Shown one piece after another: positions 8,704-17,624 of a stretch of 64,000 nt of DNA; positions within the stretch are counted from its first letter, which is position 1, and each line of letters starts with the position of its first letter. The position numbers and the translations under genes were made by a program. Under the pieces are notes generated by a model that ran no database searches, was not told where the DNA came from, and saw only the letters and a program-made list of their open reading frames with translations. The DNA lies in the IMG/VR virus record IMGVR_UViG_3300032295_002982, positions 20,266-84,265 of that record; one strand, 5' to 3'. Source of the stretch: a virus. Its lineage: Duplodnaviria > Caudoviricetes.

Positions 8704-10893
8704 TTCACCGTAACGGCTGCGGAAACGATCTCTCAGCCATTCCCACCTAAAGCTTTGTTTTAACAGTGCAAGACTGCCTTGGCATTGATTGAAAAATTCA
8801 ACACCGTCGGCGGCACCACGCAACACCCACTCATTGTTTCTACCTTGTGCCTGCGATAACCATGTGCTGAGTCTATAGGCACCATCCACAGTGGGCGATT
8901 GGGATTCAAAATAACTCAGTTTGGCAGTTTCTCTAAATGCAGTGCGCCAGGCATGATAGGGAGTAGTGGCAAAGTCTGCGTGACAACTCAGTATGGGCAC
9001 AGACTCATGTGGAAAACTCAAGGTGTAATCTAGACCAAACTCACCCTGCTGATTGATTTCACGCACACCTTGACAGTTGTACATTACCATACCCATGTGT
9101 CCATACACAAGATCATTTGTGACATTGTGACAATCAAAGATGTAATGTTTGGGCTGTTGTAGATAGTCAGGCACAAAGTCAAAATCAAAACTGGGCTCTA
9201 GTTGAGTCTTGGCAAACACAGCGTAGAACCAAGGTGTGGTACTGACATCAGCAGCAGCTTCAAGCGCCAGTTCCATGCCAGCAACACCATGCACACGCCG
9301 AGCTCGGGCGCATCTTTGCTGTAACAACTGCCAGTTGGCATCGGCTTCAGGTTCATCGTAACTGATGAACACCACATCTTGCAATTGAGCTGGCATCCAG
9401 TTCTGCCGCGATCTATCTATGTTGGCGTAATCATAAAGTTGTTGACGTATATCTACCTGAGCCTGTCTAGGAACGATAACTGTGTTGCCAGCACGATCCA
9501 AAGGTATCATGGCTCTGGTTTCACTGCGCCATAAATTCACAGCAGGCAGCGAGTCAGGCACAGTGTTTGTGCAAAACACTGCGAGTGGTCCTGACCAAGC
9601 AGCGGTTCGCACTGGCACAACATGACTGTCTTGATTGTGTTTTATGCATGGCAAAGGTCTACGCGGCACTGATTGATCAACAAAATTAACTGAATACCAT
9701 TCCAGCAATTCGCTGCGTTCGGCCATGCCAGCAAAGCTGGGCACATGCATGAAAAATGTATCGCCAAACTTTTGATCATCGCTGGCAAACACATGCAACA
9801 TTGTGCTCTGCCATTGCTCAGGGTGCCAGGTAAAATCAAAATTGGTGTAATCACACACCGTGCTGATGATCCAGGCATATTCGTGTTCGCCCACAAGAGT
9901 TTTTGCAATGCGAATCAAGGTGTCGCGATAGTTGTCAAAAAATCTTGCACGTCTATCAGCTACACCCGATGTATTTCCATCCAGATGATCAATTTCAACT
10001 GTGACCGTGGCCACGGCTGTGCTTTTGACCTGCAGCTGATCAAGGTACTTTACTTTGGTGGCACCGGGCACTGTGTACACTGGTCCTCCAGTGCGTTGAT
10101 GTTGTGTGGCAAATTGATAAATGTAGGGCGGTGCTCCTGGATCAGGTACCCATGAAAAATCTAATTCTGCTGTGTCCACTGTGTCAGGCACTGTCCAATG
10201 TGTAAGATCTGGTACCAGTGTGGCACGTGGATAAGACATATACTTGCGATCAGTGGCACCGTCAACATGATATTCCACTGTGGGCATTTTTTCAGCACTC
10301 CACCATTGATTGCCAAACACATATATCAAGGGCGGATCGCCTGGATCAGGTAACCAACTGTAGTCCCATTCACAGTGCTCTAGAGTTTTCCAATGACGGC
10401 TGTGCCACTGTGGCAATTGGGCCACAGGATACGGCATGTATTTTTTCTCTGTGGCACCGGGTGTGTGATATTCAACTGTGGACATGCGATTGGCTGGGTA
10501 CCACTGATTGCCAAACACGTAGATATAGGGCGGATCCATGGGATGCGGTTTCCAGGTGTAATCAAACTCTGCTGCGGGGTGAGTTTTAAAATTACACTGA
10601 TCCGGTCTTAAGGGTATCACACGGTCATGAAAACGATATTCAATGTCTGTTGCTGTGGCAGGAACCAAGAATGTTCCTGAATACTGGTGCCATTGACTGG
10701 GCCACGCATGCACATAGTGTTGTTCCCAAGACACTGGTTCCCAAAGAAAATCAAAGTCACTGTAATCCAATAAGTAATCTACCCACCAGAAATATCTAGT
10801 GCGTGTCAAAGACTGGGCGTGAGCAATTGATTCTGCTGGACGTTCGTGTGCAAAAAGATTTGGTTTTGTTCTGTTGTAAAATACGTCAAACAT
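8695..10893 (-). CDS. 732 aa protein with Trp/Pro-rich repeats and a C-terminal GT-A-like domain
   Basis: Long ORF. The C-terminal part (DVVFISYDEP...RRVHGVAG...AWRTAFRETAKL) is paralogous to 27371-28297. Confidence 0.8.
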   Translation of the reverse strand: MFDVFYNRTKPNLFAHERPAESIAHAQSLTRTRYFWWVDYLLDYSDFDFLWEPVSWEQHYVHAWPSQWHQYSGTFLVPATATDIEYRFHDRVIPLRPDQCNFKTHPAAEFDYTWKPHPMDPPYIYVFGNQWYPANRMSTVEYHTPGATEKKYMPYPVAQLPQWHSRHWKTLEHCEWDYSWLPDPGDPPLIYVFGNQWWSAEKMPTVEYHVDGATDRKYMSYPRATLVPDLTHWTVPDTVDTAELDFSWVPDPGAPPYIYQFATQHQRTGGPVYTVPGATKVKYLDQLQVKSTAVATVTVEIDHLDGNTSGVADRRARFFDNYRDTLIRIAKTLVGEHEYAWIISTVCDYTNFDFTWHPEQWQSTMLHVFASDDQKFGDTFFMHVPSFAGMAERSELLEWYSVNFVDQSVPRRPLPCIKHNQDSHVVPVRTAAWSGPLAVFCTNTVPDSLPAVNLWRSETRAMIPLDRAGNTVIVPRQAQVDIRQQLYDYANIDRSRQNWMPAQLQDVVFISYDEPEADANWQLLQQRCARARRVHGVAGMELALEAAADVSTTPWFYAVFAKTQLEPSFDFDFVPDYLQQPKHYIFDCHNVTNDLVYGHMGMVMYNCQGVREINQQGEFGLDYTLSFPHESVPILSCHADFATTPYHAWRTAFRETAKLSYFESQSPTVDGAYRLSTWLSQAQGRNNEWVLRGAADGVEFFNQCQGSLALLKQSFRWEWLRDRFRSRYGELD
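10020..10600 (-). repeat. Three tandem ~66-68 aa intragenic repeats
   Basis: FDYTWKPHPMDPPYIYVFGNQW / WDYSWLPDPGDPPLIYVFGNQW / LDFSWVPDPGAPPYIYQFATQH, each followed by a GATxxKY motif. Confidence 0.85.
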
Positions 10894-12010
10894 GATAAGA
10901 GTAGATGAAATCTATAATAACACAATGTGGCCTTGGTTGCAACAAAATAGGCCGGGTGTGCGATTGTTTTTTTGTGACCCGCCAGGGCGCACTGATCCCG
11001 ACAGTCTTGGCAATCATGGAACTCTTGTCATGCGAGAAACCAATTTTGTTTTTCTTCACGATCAAGAACCAATTCATTTAGATCTACACAAACCCTTGTT
11101 TGATGAAGTTGCTTGGCGCAATAGAGATTTAAAATACATCATGCATCCTCGCGGACAGTTTGCAGTGGCCAATCATGATGGAGCAGTGATAACAAGCGAA
11201 CTAGGTGAAAACATGGAGGCTCTTTGCAGTATGTATGACTGGCAGGGGCACTATTATTTCTATCATGGCTGGGCCTGTCTTGACTGGTTCCGTGGATATG
11301 ATCGTAGTTTCTTGATACCAAGAGCCAGAGATAGACAACCCAGCCGCACATTCATGAGCCCAAATCGTATCATAGGTGGACGTAGAGATCACAGAGTTTT
11401 GTTTTTGTACAAGGTGTATCGCCTGGGCCTAGCACACAATCACATCAGTGCGCCAAGACAGTGTCCACAAGAACAGGTTGACATACTAGAAGTTGCCAAA
11501 AGGTATAGTGCATACTATCCTGACATTGTGGAAGTTTTACAACAGGCAGATTTACCACGCATATTTGCTGGCGAGGCCACACAAGAAATGACTTCGTGTT
11601 GGTTGACCAACTTTGTCGAGGCTGCAGACAGCTTGATCTATGTGCCTACAGAAACTGTGTATTTTGGCCGCAGATTACACATCACAGAAAAAACTTTCAA
11701 GGCCATAGCACTGGAAATGCCTTTTGTGTTGATGGCTCCTGCTGGTAGTCTAGAATACATGCGTCGTTACGGATTCAAAACTTTTGATTCAATTTGGGAT
11801 GAAAGTTATGATCTTGAAACCAACGATTTTGAGCGACTGAACAAAGTGTCTGATCTCCTAAAGTCAATAGATGACATGAGTCAGCACGAGCGACAACAGT
11901 TATGGCAACACTGTTTGCCTATTGTTGAACACAACTATAATCATTTTTACAAGGGCGGTTTGGCTGACATACTGTGGCCAGAACTCGTCAACATGTTGAA
12001 TGGCATTTAA
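10892..12010 (+). CDS. GT10 (fucosyltransferase)-like protein, TEK family paralogue
   Basis: C-terminal TETVYFG...ITEKTFKAIALEMPFV...YGFKTFDSIWDESYD. Family assignment is inferred from the E..ITEK motif. Confidence 0.6.
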   Translation: MIRVDEIYNNTMWPWLQQNRPGVRLFFCDPPGRTDPDSLGNHGTLVMRETNFVFLHDQEPIHLDLHKPLFDEVAWRNRDLKYIMHPRGQFAVANHDGAVITSELGENMEALCSMYDWQGHYYFYHGWACLDWFRGYDRSFLIPRARDRQPSRTFMSPNRIIGGRRDHRVLFLYKVYRLGLAHNHISAPRQCPQEQVDILEVAKRYSAYYPDIVEVLQQADLPRIFAGEATQEMTSCWLTNFVEAADSLIYVPTETVYFGRRLHITEKTFKAIALEMPFVLMAPAGSLEYMRRYGFKTFDSIWDESYDLETNDFERLNKVSDLLKSIDDMSQHERQQLWQHCLPIVEHNYNHFYKGGLADILWPELVNMLNGI

Positions 12011-13187
12011 CATTGTTTGTGATAAGATTGTAAAAAACCGGCCTTATCCAGCCATGGCAGTTCATCAGGCAAGACCACTCACCCAAGCCTGGCGACAGTT
12101 TGTACAGCATTGGCCACACACTGTACCGCTTGACCTCTACACTTACTGTGAATCACATCATTACCAGATGCATCTGTTTGATCTTGAATCATCGTGGCCA
12201 GAACATAGTTGGTATGCTGTGGCACTGGGCTGGTTTGACTTTGGCATTGATTATTTTGCAATACTGCCAGCTGTGGTAAAACAAGCAGTGCTGGATAAAC
12301 GTTTACGCATACTGTTCTTCTATCACGAAGGTGACAATCCTGCCAACATTAAATCTAGATTAGACCTATTGGCCAACATGCATCACATGCCTGACCAGTG
12401 TTATAGATTTGTCAGCGCAAACACAGCGGCTTCAAACTTGGAAAACTTTGTTTATTTTCCACATCATGAATTGTTGTTTGCGGAAAGAAACCAACATCAT
12501 GAACCCTTGCCTGTGATCACAGGCCCGCGTCGCTGGAAATTCACTGCACTGAATCGCACTCACAAATGGTGGCGTGCCACCATAATGGCAGACCTGCATG
12601 CTCGGCACATACTGGATCAAAGTTATTGGAGTTATGGTGCTGTAGATACTCTACAGGAATCACGCATGGACAATCCGCTACAAGAAGATGTGCTACACAT
12701 AAGATCACAAGTGGATCAATTTGTGCAACATGCACCATATTTCTGCGATGACATGAGCACTGATCAGCACAACGATCACTCGGTAGTGTCTGCATCTGCG
12801 TTTCAAGACAGTTACATTCACATTGTGTTAGAAACACACTTTGATGCTGATCAAAGTCAGGGCACTTTTATCACAGAAAAAACTTTCAAGCCCATAAAAC
12901 ACGGACAACCTTTTGTGATTGCGGGCCCGGCAGGATCTGTGCAAGAACTTCGTAGGTTGGGATATTACACCTTTGACTCAGTGATTGATCACAGCTACGA
13001 CACAGTGCAAGACAACACTCAGCGTTGGTTGATGTTACGCGAAGAAATTGTGAGACTGTGCAGTGCAGATCTTGAATCAATATTTGCTCAGTGCATAGAC
13101 CAGTGCATATATAATCAGACTCTGTTTGTGCGCAATCGCAATGACAGATTACAACAGTTGGACGATCAAATCAATGACCGCAATTAA
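12000..13187 (+). CDS. GT10-like protein, TEK family paralogue
   Basis: LETHFD...FITEKTFKPIKHGQPFV...LGYYTFDSVIDHSYD. Confidence 0.6.
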   Translation: MAFNIVCDKIVKNRPYPAMAVHQARPLTQAWRQFVQHWPHTVPLDLYTYCESHHYQMHLFDLESSWPEHSWYAVALGWFDFGIDYFAILPAVVKQAVLDKRLRILFFYHEGDNPANIKSRLDLLANMHHMPDQCYRFVSANTAASNLENFVYFPHHELLFAERNQHHEPLPVITGPRRWKFTALNRTHKWWRATIMADLHARHILDQSYWSYGAVDTLQESRMDNPLQEDVLHIRSQVDQFVQHAPYFCDDMSTDQHNDHSVVSASAFQDSYIHIVLETHFDADQSQGTFITEKTFKPIKHGQPFVIAGPAGSVQELRRLGYYTFDSVIDHSYDTVQDNTQRWLMLREEIVRLCSADLESIFAQCIDQCIYNQTLFVRNRNDRLQQLDDQINDRN

Positions 13188-14211
13188 TTCTTATACATCT
13201 TGGCAGCCTCTGGAAGAAGTCATTGTGGGTCGTGCATACTCACCTGACTATTTTGACTTCATTGAAAACAGTCAGGTTAGAAATCAACTACAACAAATCT
13301 TACATGAAACCGAACAAGATCTCGCTAATCTGGCGCGGACTATTGAAACATATGGTGCGCGGGTACGTAGACCAAACCTGCCCAACAGGGAACAATTCAT
13401 CCGCGAACAAATTCACGGCCATGGTGCACCACTACCGCCACTCACACCCAGAGATTGGCAAATCACACTAGGTGACAAGTTGTTGCGAGTGTTGCCCATG
13501 ACAGAACTGGATGACATCTGCAGGGAATACGAACAACAGCAGCCAGGTTCAGTGGTCAATCCACACGGATCAAGCTGGGATCCAGACTGTGTTCTCAACG
13601 GAGCCAGTGCCAGCTGCATAGTGCGTGTGGGCCGCGATGTGTTTTTTGACAACAGTGACTTCTTGCAACCCCAACAAAGTCGTTGGATCATTGACAATGT
13701 GTTGGGCCCTGAGTATCGCGTGCATGAAGCTGTGACAGATGGTCACGGTGATGCTGTGTTTGCCATACTCAAGCCCGGTGTTATTCTTTCCAGCAAACAC
13801 GATGTGAACTTGAACTTTGAACGTGACTTCCCTGGCTGGGAAGTTTGCAAAATCTGGGATAGTTCAATCTGGGCCGCCATGGAAGTTGGCAAATTCAAAT
13901 ACGAGCAAAGCCCTGGTGCCTGGTATGTGCAAGACCAAACTCCCACACCTGAGTTCACAGACTTTGTAAATACCTATCTAACCAAGTGGACTGGATTTGT
14001 TGCTGAGACTGTGTTTGATGTTAACTGTCTGGTACTGGACGAATCACATGTGATCTTCTCAGCATACAATCGTCAGGTGTTTGATTTTTGTAGACAGCAT
14101 CAAATTGAACCCATCATATGTGAACTACGACACAGTTACTTCTGGGACGGCGGCATAAGTTGCTGTACACAAGACATACGCCGCCGGGGCGGTTTAGAAA
14201 CCTATCTATAG
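13174..14211 (+). CDS. Amidinotransferase (glycine/inosamine-phosphate amidinotransferase family)
   Basis: NSYTSWQPLEEVIVGR, PRD, HGD and C-terminal GGISCCTQDIRR (catalytic Cys): pentein-fold signatures. Start taken at 13174. Confidence 0.85.
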   Translation: MTAINSYTSWQPLEEVIVGRAYSPDYFDFIENSQVRNQLQQILHETEQDLANLARTIETYGARVRRPNLPNREQFIREQIHGHGAPLPPLTPRDWQITLGDKLLRVLPMTELDDICREYEQQQPGSVVNPHGSSWDPDCVLNGASASCIVRVGRDVFFDNSDFLQPQQSRWIIDNVLGPEYRVHEAVTDGHGDAVFAILKPGVILSSKHDVNLNFERDFPGWEVCKIWDSSIWAAMEVGKFKYEQSPGAWYVQDQTPTPEFTDFVNTYLTKWTGFVAETVFDVNCLVLDESHVIFSAYNRQVFDFCRQHQIEPIICELRHSYFWDGGISCCTQDIRRRGGLETYL

Positions 14212-14967
14212 ATCTCTGTCAATCACATGATTGTGCATGATATCTTCCACAGTGCGTTTGCGAACATGTTTGTTGGGTTCGCCTAGCACAACAATAATAT
14301 ACTCCTGACTGTTGGTTTTGGCCAACATGGCCACACAGTAACCAGCCGCTGAGGTGAAGCCGGTTTTGCTGACTTCAATTATGTCAAACTCCATGAGAAT
14401 TTTTTGATTGGTATTCTGCAACAGAATCTTGCGCACTCGTTTTTTGTGCTTGGCTTCAATCATCATTTGCTTTTGATGACTGAGCTGGCGAATCACAGTG
14501 TAACGCCCTGCGGCTGCTACTATGCGTCCAACTTCTTCTGCGGTGCTGACATTGCCGTGGCTGAGTCCGCTGGGATCATTGAAGTTGGTAAACACCAATC
14601 CTAGATCCCGAGCTTTGCGATTCATGGCTGCCATGAATGCGGTACGACCTCCCGGATAATCAGCTGCAATGGCTTCGGCTGCACTGTTGTCACTGCGGAT
14701 CAACATAGCAGCCATCATGTCTTTGCGACTGGTCCATTTTGTTTTGCGGCCATTCGCCATGGGCACACGAGCATAGATATTGCTGTTGTAATCAAGACTG
14801 ACCATGGCAGTCATCAACTTGCTGATGCTGGCAATGGGTCTAGTGACACCTGATGATTCAGCCACAATGATTTGCTGTGTGCTGGTGTTTTGAACCCAAA
14901 GAGAAACGTCACGGCAAAGGCCAGGCACTGCTGCCACAAGCAGCAGTATAAAAATAATTTTCTTCAT
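14206..14967 (-). CDS. Peptidase S11 D-Ala-D-Ala carboxy/endopeptidase, PBP7 (PbpG)-like, with signal peptide
   Basis: SISK (SxxK), SDN (SxN) and KTG motifs; hydrophobic N-terminus MKKIIFILLLVAAVP. Confidence 0.9.
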   Translation of the reverse strand: MKKIIFILLLVAAVPGLCRDVSLWVQNTSTQQIIVAESSGVTRPIASISKLMTAMVSLDYNSNIYARVPMANGRKTKWTSRKDMMAAMLIRSDNSAAEAIAADYPGGRTAFMAAMNRKARDLGLVFTNFNDPSGLSHGNVSTAEEVGRIVAAAGRYTVIRQLSHQKQMMIEAKHKKRVRKILLQNTNQKILMEFDIIEVSKTGFTSAAGYCVAMLAKTNSQEYIIVVLGEPNKHVRKRTVEDIMHNHVIDRDL

Positions 14968-16445
14968 GACAGAACCGGTATGTTGTAGAGTTGTTGAAAG
15001 CGATCTGCGTCGCTGCGATTGTTGACCATGGGTTCTCCTTTGATGTTCAGACTAGTATTTAACAACATAGGACAACCAGTAAGCACGTACCATTTTTCTA
15101 GCAGTTCTCGTATGCCCGAACCATCTTTAGGTACAGTCTGTACTCGGCTGGTGCCATCAACATGACATACAGCAGGATACAGATCAGGCCGCCGACAGCG
15201 AGCGACTGACTGCATGTAACGGCTATGGCTCCAGCCAGGGCTGAAATCAAAATACTGATCAGCCATTTCTTCAAGAACCACTGGAGCGAAGGGTCTGAAT
15301 TTTTGTCTACGTTTGATTGCATTTACACGATCCTTGATATCTGGACCTCGGGGATCTGCCAAGAGACTGCGGTTCCCCAGAGCACGTGGACCAAACTCAG
15401 CACGGCCAGAAGCAACACCAACAATATCACCAACCACAAGGTGATCAAGTAAGGGTCCAACCGGATACGGTCCTGAAATATCGTGACCAAGATAAGCATT
15501 GCGCCAATTAAGGCGACGCCCATATTGAAGTGCGGCAGCACCAAGGCTGCTACCAGCATCACCAGGATTAGGCATAATCCAAATGTTTTCAAAATATTCT
15601 CCTAGGTTTCTATTGGCAAGACAGTTTAATGCCACGCCACCCATGTATACAAGATTTGTGCTGAAGTCAAAAGACTGAGCTCGCTTCATGATCTGTGCTA
15701 TCAGACGTTCTAACAGTGTTTGGGCCGACGCTGCGGTGTCAAAGCGATCAAGTGAAATGTTTTCCCAGTTGGACAATCCAACATGCAAATTTTCGCGGAA
15801 AGTACAATTTTCCATGCTGTCTATCAACAATCTCTGTAGACTGCTGGCATAATATTGTTTGCCATAAGCTGCCATGCCCATGGTGATGTATTCGTCCTCG
15901 TTGGGTTTGAGTCCCACACTCTTGGTCATTGCACTATAGAACAATCCTAGACTGTGTGGATAACGTTGACTCCACAGTCGCTGATATTGTGCATGTCCTC
16001 TGCTGTCGTATTCTGCGCCCCAGACTGTAATAGTATCCCATTCACCAATAGCGTCAACAACTACCACTGTGGCACGATCATAAGGACTGGTCTGAAACCC
16101 TGCTGCTGCGTGACTGAGATGATGACAGTGTGTGCTGTAACTTGTGCTAGATATGCGTGATCCCAGTTGTTCAGCCAAAATCTTTTTGGTTTGCAGTCGC
16201 TTCCATTCAATGCCTTCACCACTGTAGAATCTACGCAGTTGTTTTTTCCAGGGAGTTTCGTAATAGGCCACATGATCTATGACACAGTGATTCATGACAT
16301 CATTTAACAATGCATCACAGATGTTGGCGTCATTTTTTATGCCCGAGTATCGTTCGCTGTGAGCAGCAAACACAATGTCTCCGTGACGGTTTACCACTGC
16401 GGCAGCAGCGTCATGAAAACCGGCACTGATACCCAGGATGTTCAT
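14964..16445 (-). CDS. NodU/CmcH-family O-carbamoyltransferase
   Basis: LGISAGFHDAAAA, HHLSHAAAGF, YITMGMAAYG, RAEFGPRALGNRSLL, LLNTSLNIKGEP. Confidence 0.93.
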   Translation of the reverse strand: MNILGISAGFHDAAAAVVNRHGDIVFAAHSERYSGIKNDANICDALLNDVMNHCVIDHVAYYETPWKKQLRRFYSGEGIEWKRLQTKKILAEQLGSRISSTSYSTHCHHLSHAAAGFQTSPYDRATVVVVDAIGEWDTITVWGAEYDSRGHAQYQRLWSQRYPHSLGLFYSAMTKSVGLKPNEDEYITMGMAAYGKQYYASSLQRLLIDSMENCTFRENLHVGLSNWENISLDRFDTAASAQTLLERLIAQIMKRAQSFDFSTNLVYMGGVALNCLANRNLGEYFENIWIMPNPGDAGSSLGAAALQYGRRLNWRNAYLGHDISGPYPVGPLLDHLVVGDIVGVASGRAEFGPRALGNRSLLADPRGPDIKDRVNAIKRRQKFRPFAPVVLEEMADQYFDFSPGWSHSRYMQSVARCRRPDLYPAVCHVDGTSRVQTVPKDGSGIRELLEKWYVLTGCPMLLNTSLNIKGEPMVNNRSDADRFQQLYNIPVLS

Positions 16446-16540
16446 TTGTAAATGAACGGATCTCGCTTGCGAAGCTCTCGCAGTTTGCGTCGATATCTAA
16501 TTTCCAACATAATTCTATTCCAAAGTTTACGCAACCACAT
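16442..16540 (-). CDS. 32 aa basic peptide MWLRKLWNRIMLEIRYRRKLRELRKRDPFIYK (absent from the ORF track)
   Basis: GGAG RBS. It spans the gap between two operon genes, and its TGA overlaps the carbamoyltransferase ATG (ATGA). Confidence 0.8.
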   Translation of the reverse strand: MWLRKLWNRIMLEIRYRRKLRELRKRDPFIYK

Positions 16541-17624
16541 ATTTTTCTCCTCTCAAAGCTGCACACTGCTGATCAATATAATCCGTGTCCTGCCAACAGT
16601 AATCAAACACACAAGATGCTGAACTGGTTGTGATGCGATACACATCCATGTGCTTGGCTACCATAGGCCAAACACGCTGCCACAATGTGGAGCCAAATGT
16701 ACGTTCAAGATCTACCTGACCCACCTGTGGATGTCCGATGGTGAGACTTTTGTCTTCGGGGTCAAAACCATTGGCAATCAACCAGGACCGGAATTTAGCA
16801 AGGTGTTCTTGCTGCCAAAAAAACTGACCAGGGTTGTTGCTCCATTCAATATCAAAATCTCCCGCAGCTTCTGACTGACTGTGCAAGGCCGATGTTGTTA
16901 GTTCGTCAATGCGTGATTGATTGCCTTCGTCATTGAACACTTCCCAGTGATGCTTGCCCACAGCCTTGTTCACACCCACATAAACTCCACCCAAGGGACG
17001 ATTGATAGTTTCAACACCAAACAGTTCATGATCTTCCGGTTCCAAGGCAAATCTTGGTGCATTGAGCCAACACATCAGTTGACTGGGGCGTCGCCATTCT
17101 GGTGTATCTATTTTCCTAAGACTTAGTATGAGACTTTCGTATTCATGGCACAACAGATTGAGTTGTCGGATATACCATCGAGTGTGCGAATCTGCTTGAT
17201 TGTAGTATTCACTCATGCGGCCACTGCGGCCTTGCAAATCTTCAAAGTAACGGTGCAACTGATTGAACTTTTCTCTCACTGCTAGGCCGCCGGCCTGATA
17301 TGCACCCATGGGTCCAGAGGTAATGGTGTTGTCTGGCGTGAAGTGATCGTTGATTTGATAACCCAACTTGGCAGCATTGATTCGTTCAATTGCTGTGTTG
17401 ATCTGTTCACAAAGGAATCGGGGATCGCGGGCACTTTCAATCCATCCCAACCAACAATAGTTTTTTTCCAGATGATATTGATCCGTTAACAAATGATCAA
17501 GAGCCTTGATCCACTTGCGACTGAGACTGTTGTCAAACACATTGATGTAGACATCAAACAGTTCGTCCTGTGGTGATCTCAGTGTGATGACGATTTCATC
17601 AAGCAATTTGTTGCCACCAATCAT
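16527..17624 (-). CDS. Hypothetical protein (365 aa) in the modification operon
   Basis: Long ORF overlapping both neighbours; no motif recognised. Confidence 0.8.
   Translation of the reverse strand: MIGGNKLLDEIVITLRSPQDELFDVYINVFDNSLSRKWIKALDHLLTDQYHLEKNYCWLGWIESARDPRFLCEQINTAIERINAAKLGYQINDHFTPDNTITSGPMGAYQAGGLAVREKFNQLHRYFEDLQGRSGRMSEYYNQADSHTRWYIRQLNLLCHEYESLILSLRKIDTPEWRRPSQLMCWLNAPRFALEPEDHELFGVETINRPLGGVYVGVNKAVGKHHWEVFNDEGNQSRIDELTTSALHSQSEAAGDFDIEWSNNPGQFFWQQEHLAKFRSWLIANGFDPEDKSLTIGHPQVGQVDLERTFGSTLWQRVWPMVAKHMDVYRITTSSASCVFDYCWQDTDYIDQQCAALRGEKYVVA

Noticed and set aside
10020-10600. CRISPR array or diversity-generating retroelement repeats
   Set aside because: The repeats are degenerate, in-frame protein repeats with no identical DNA units or spacers, and no reverse transcriptase is in the window.
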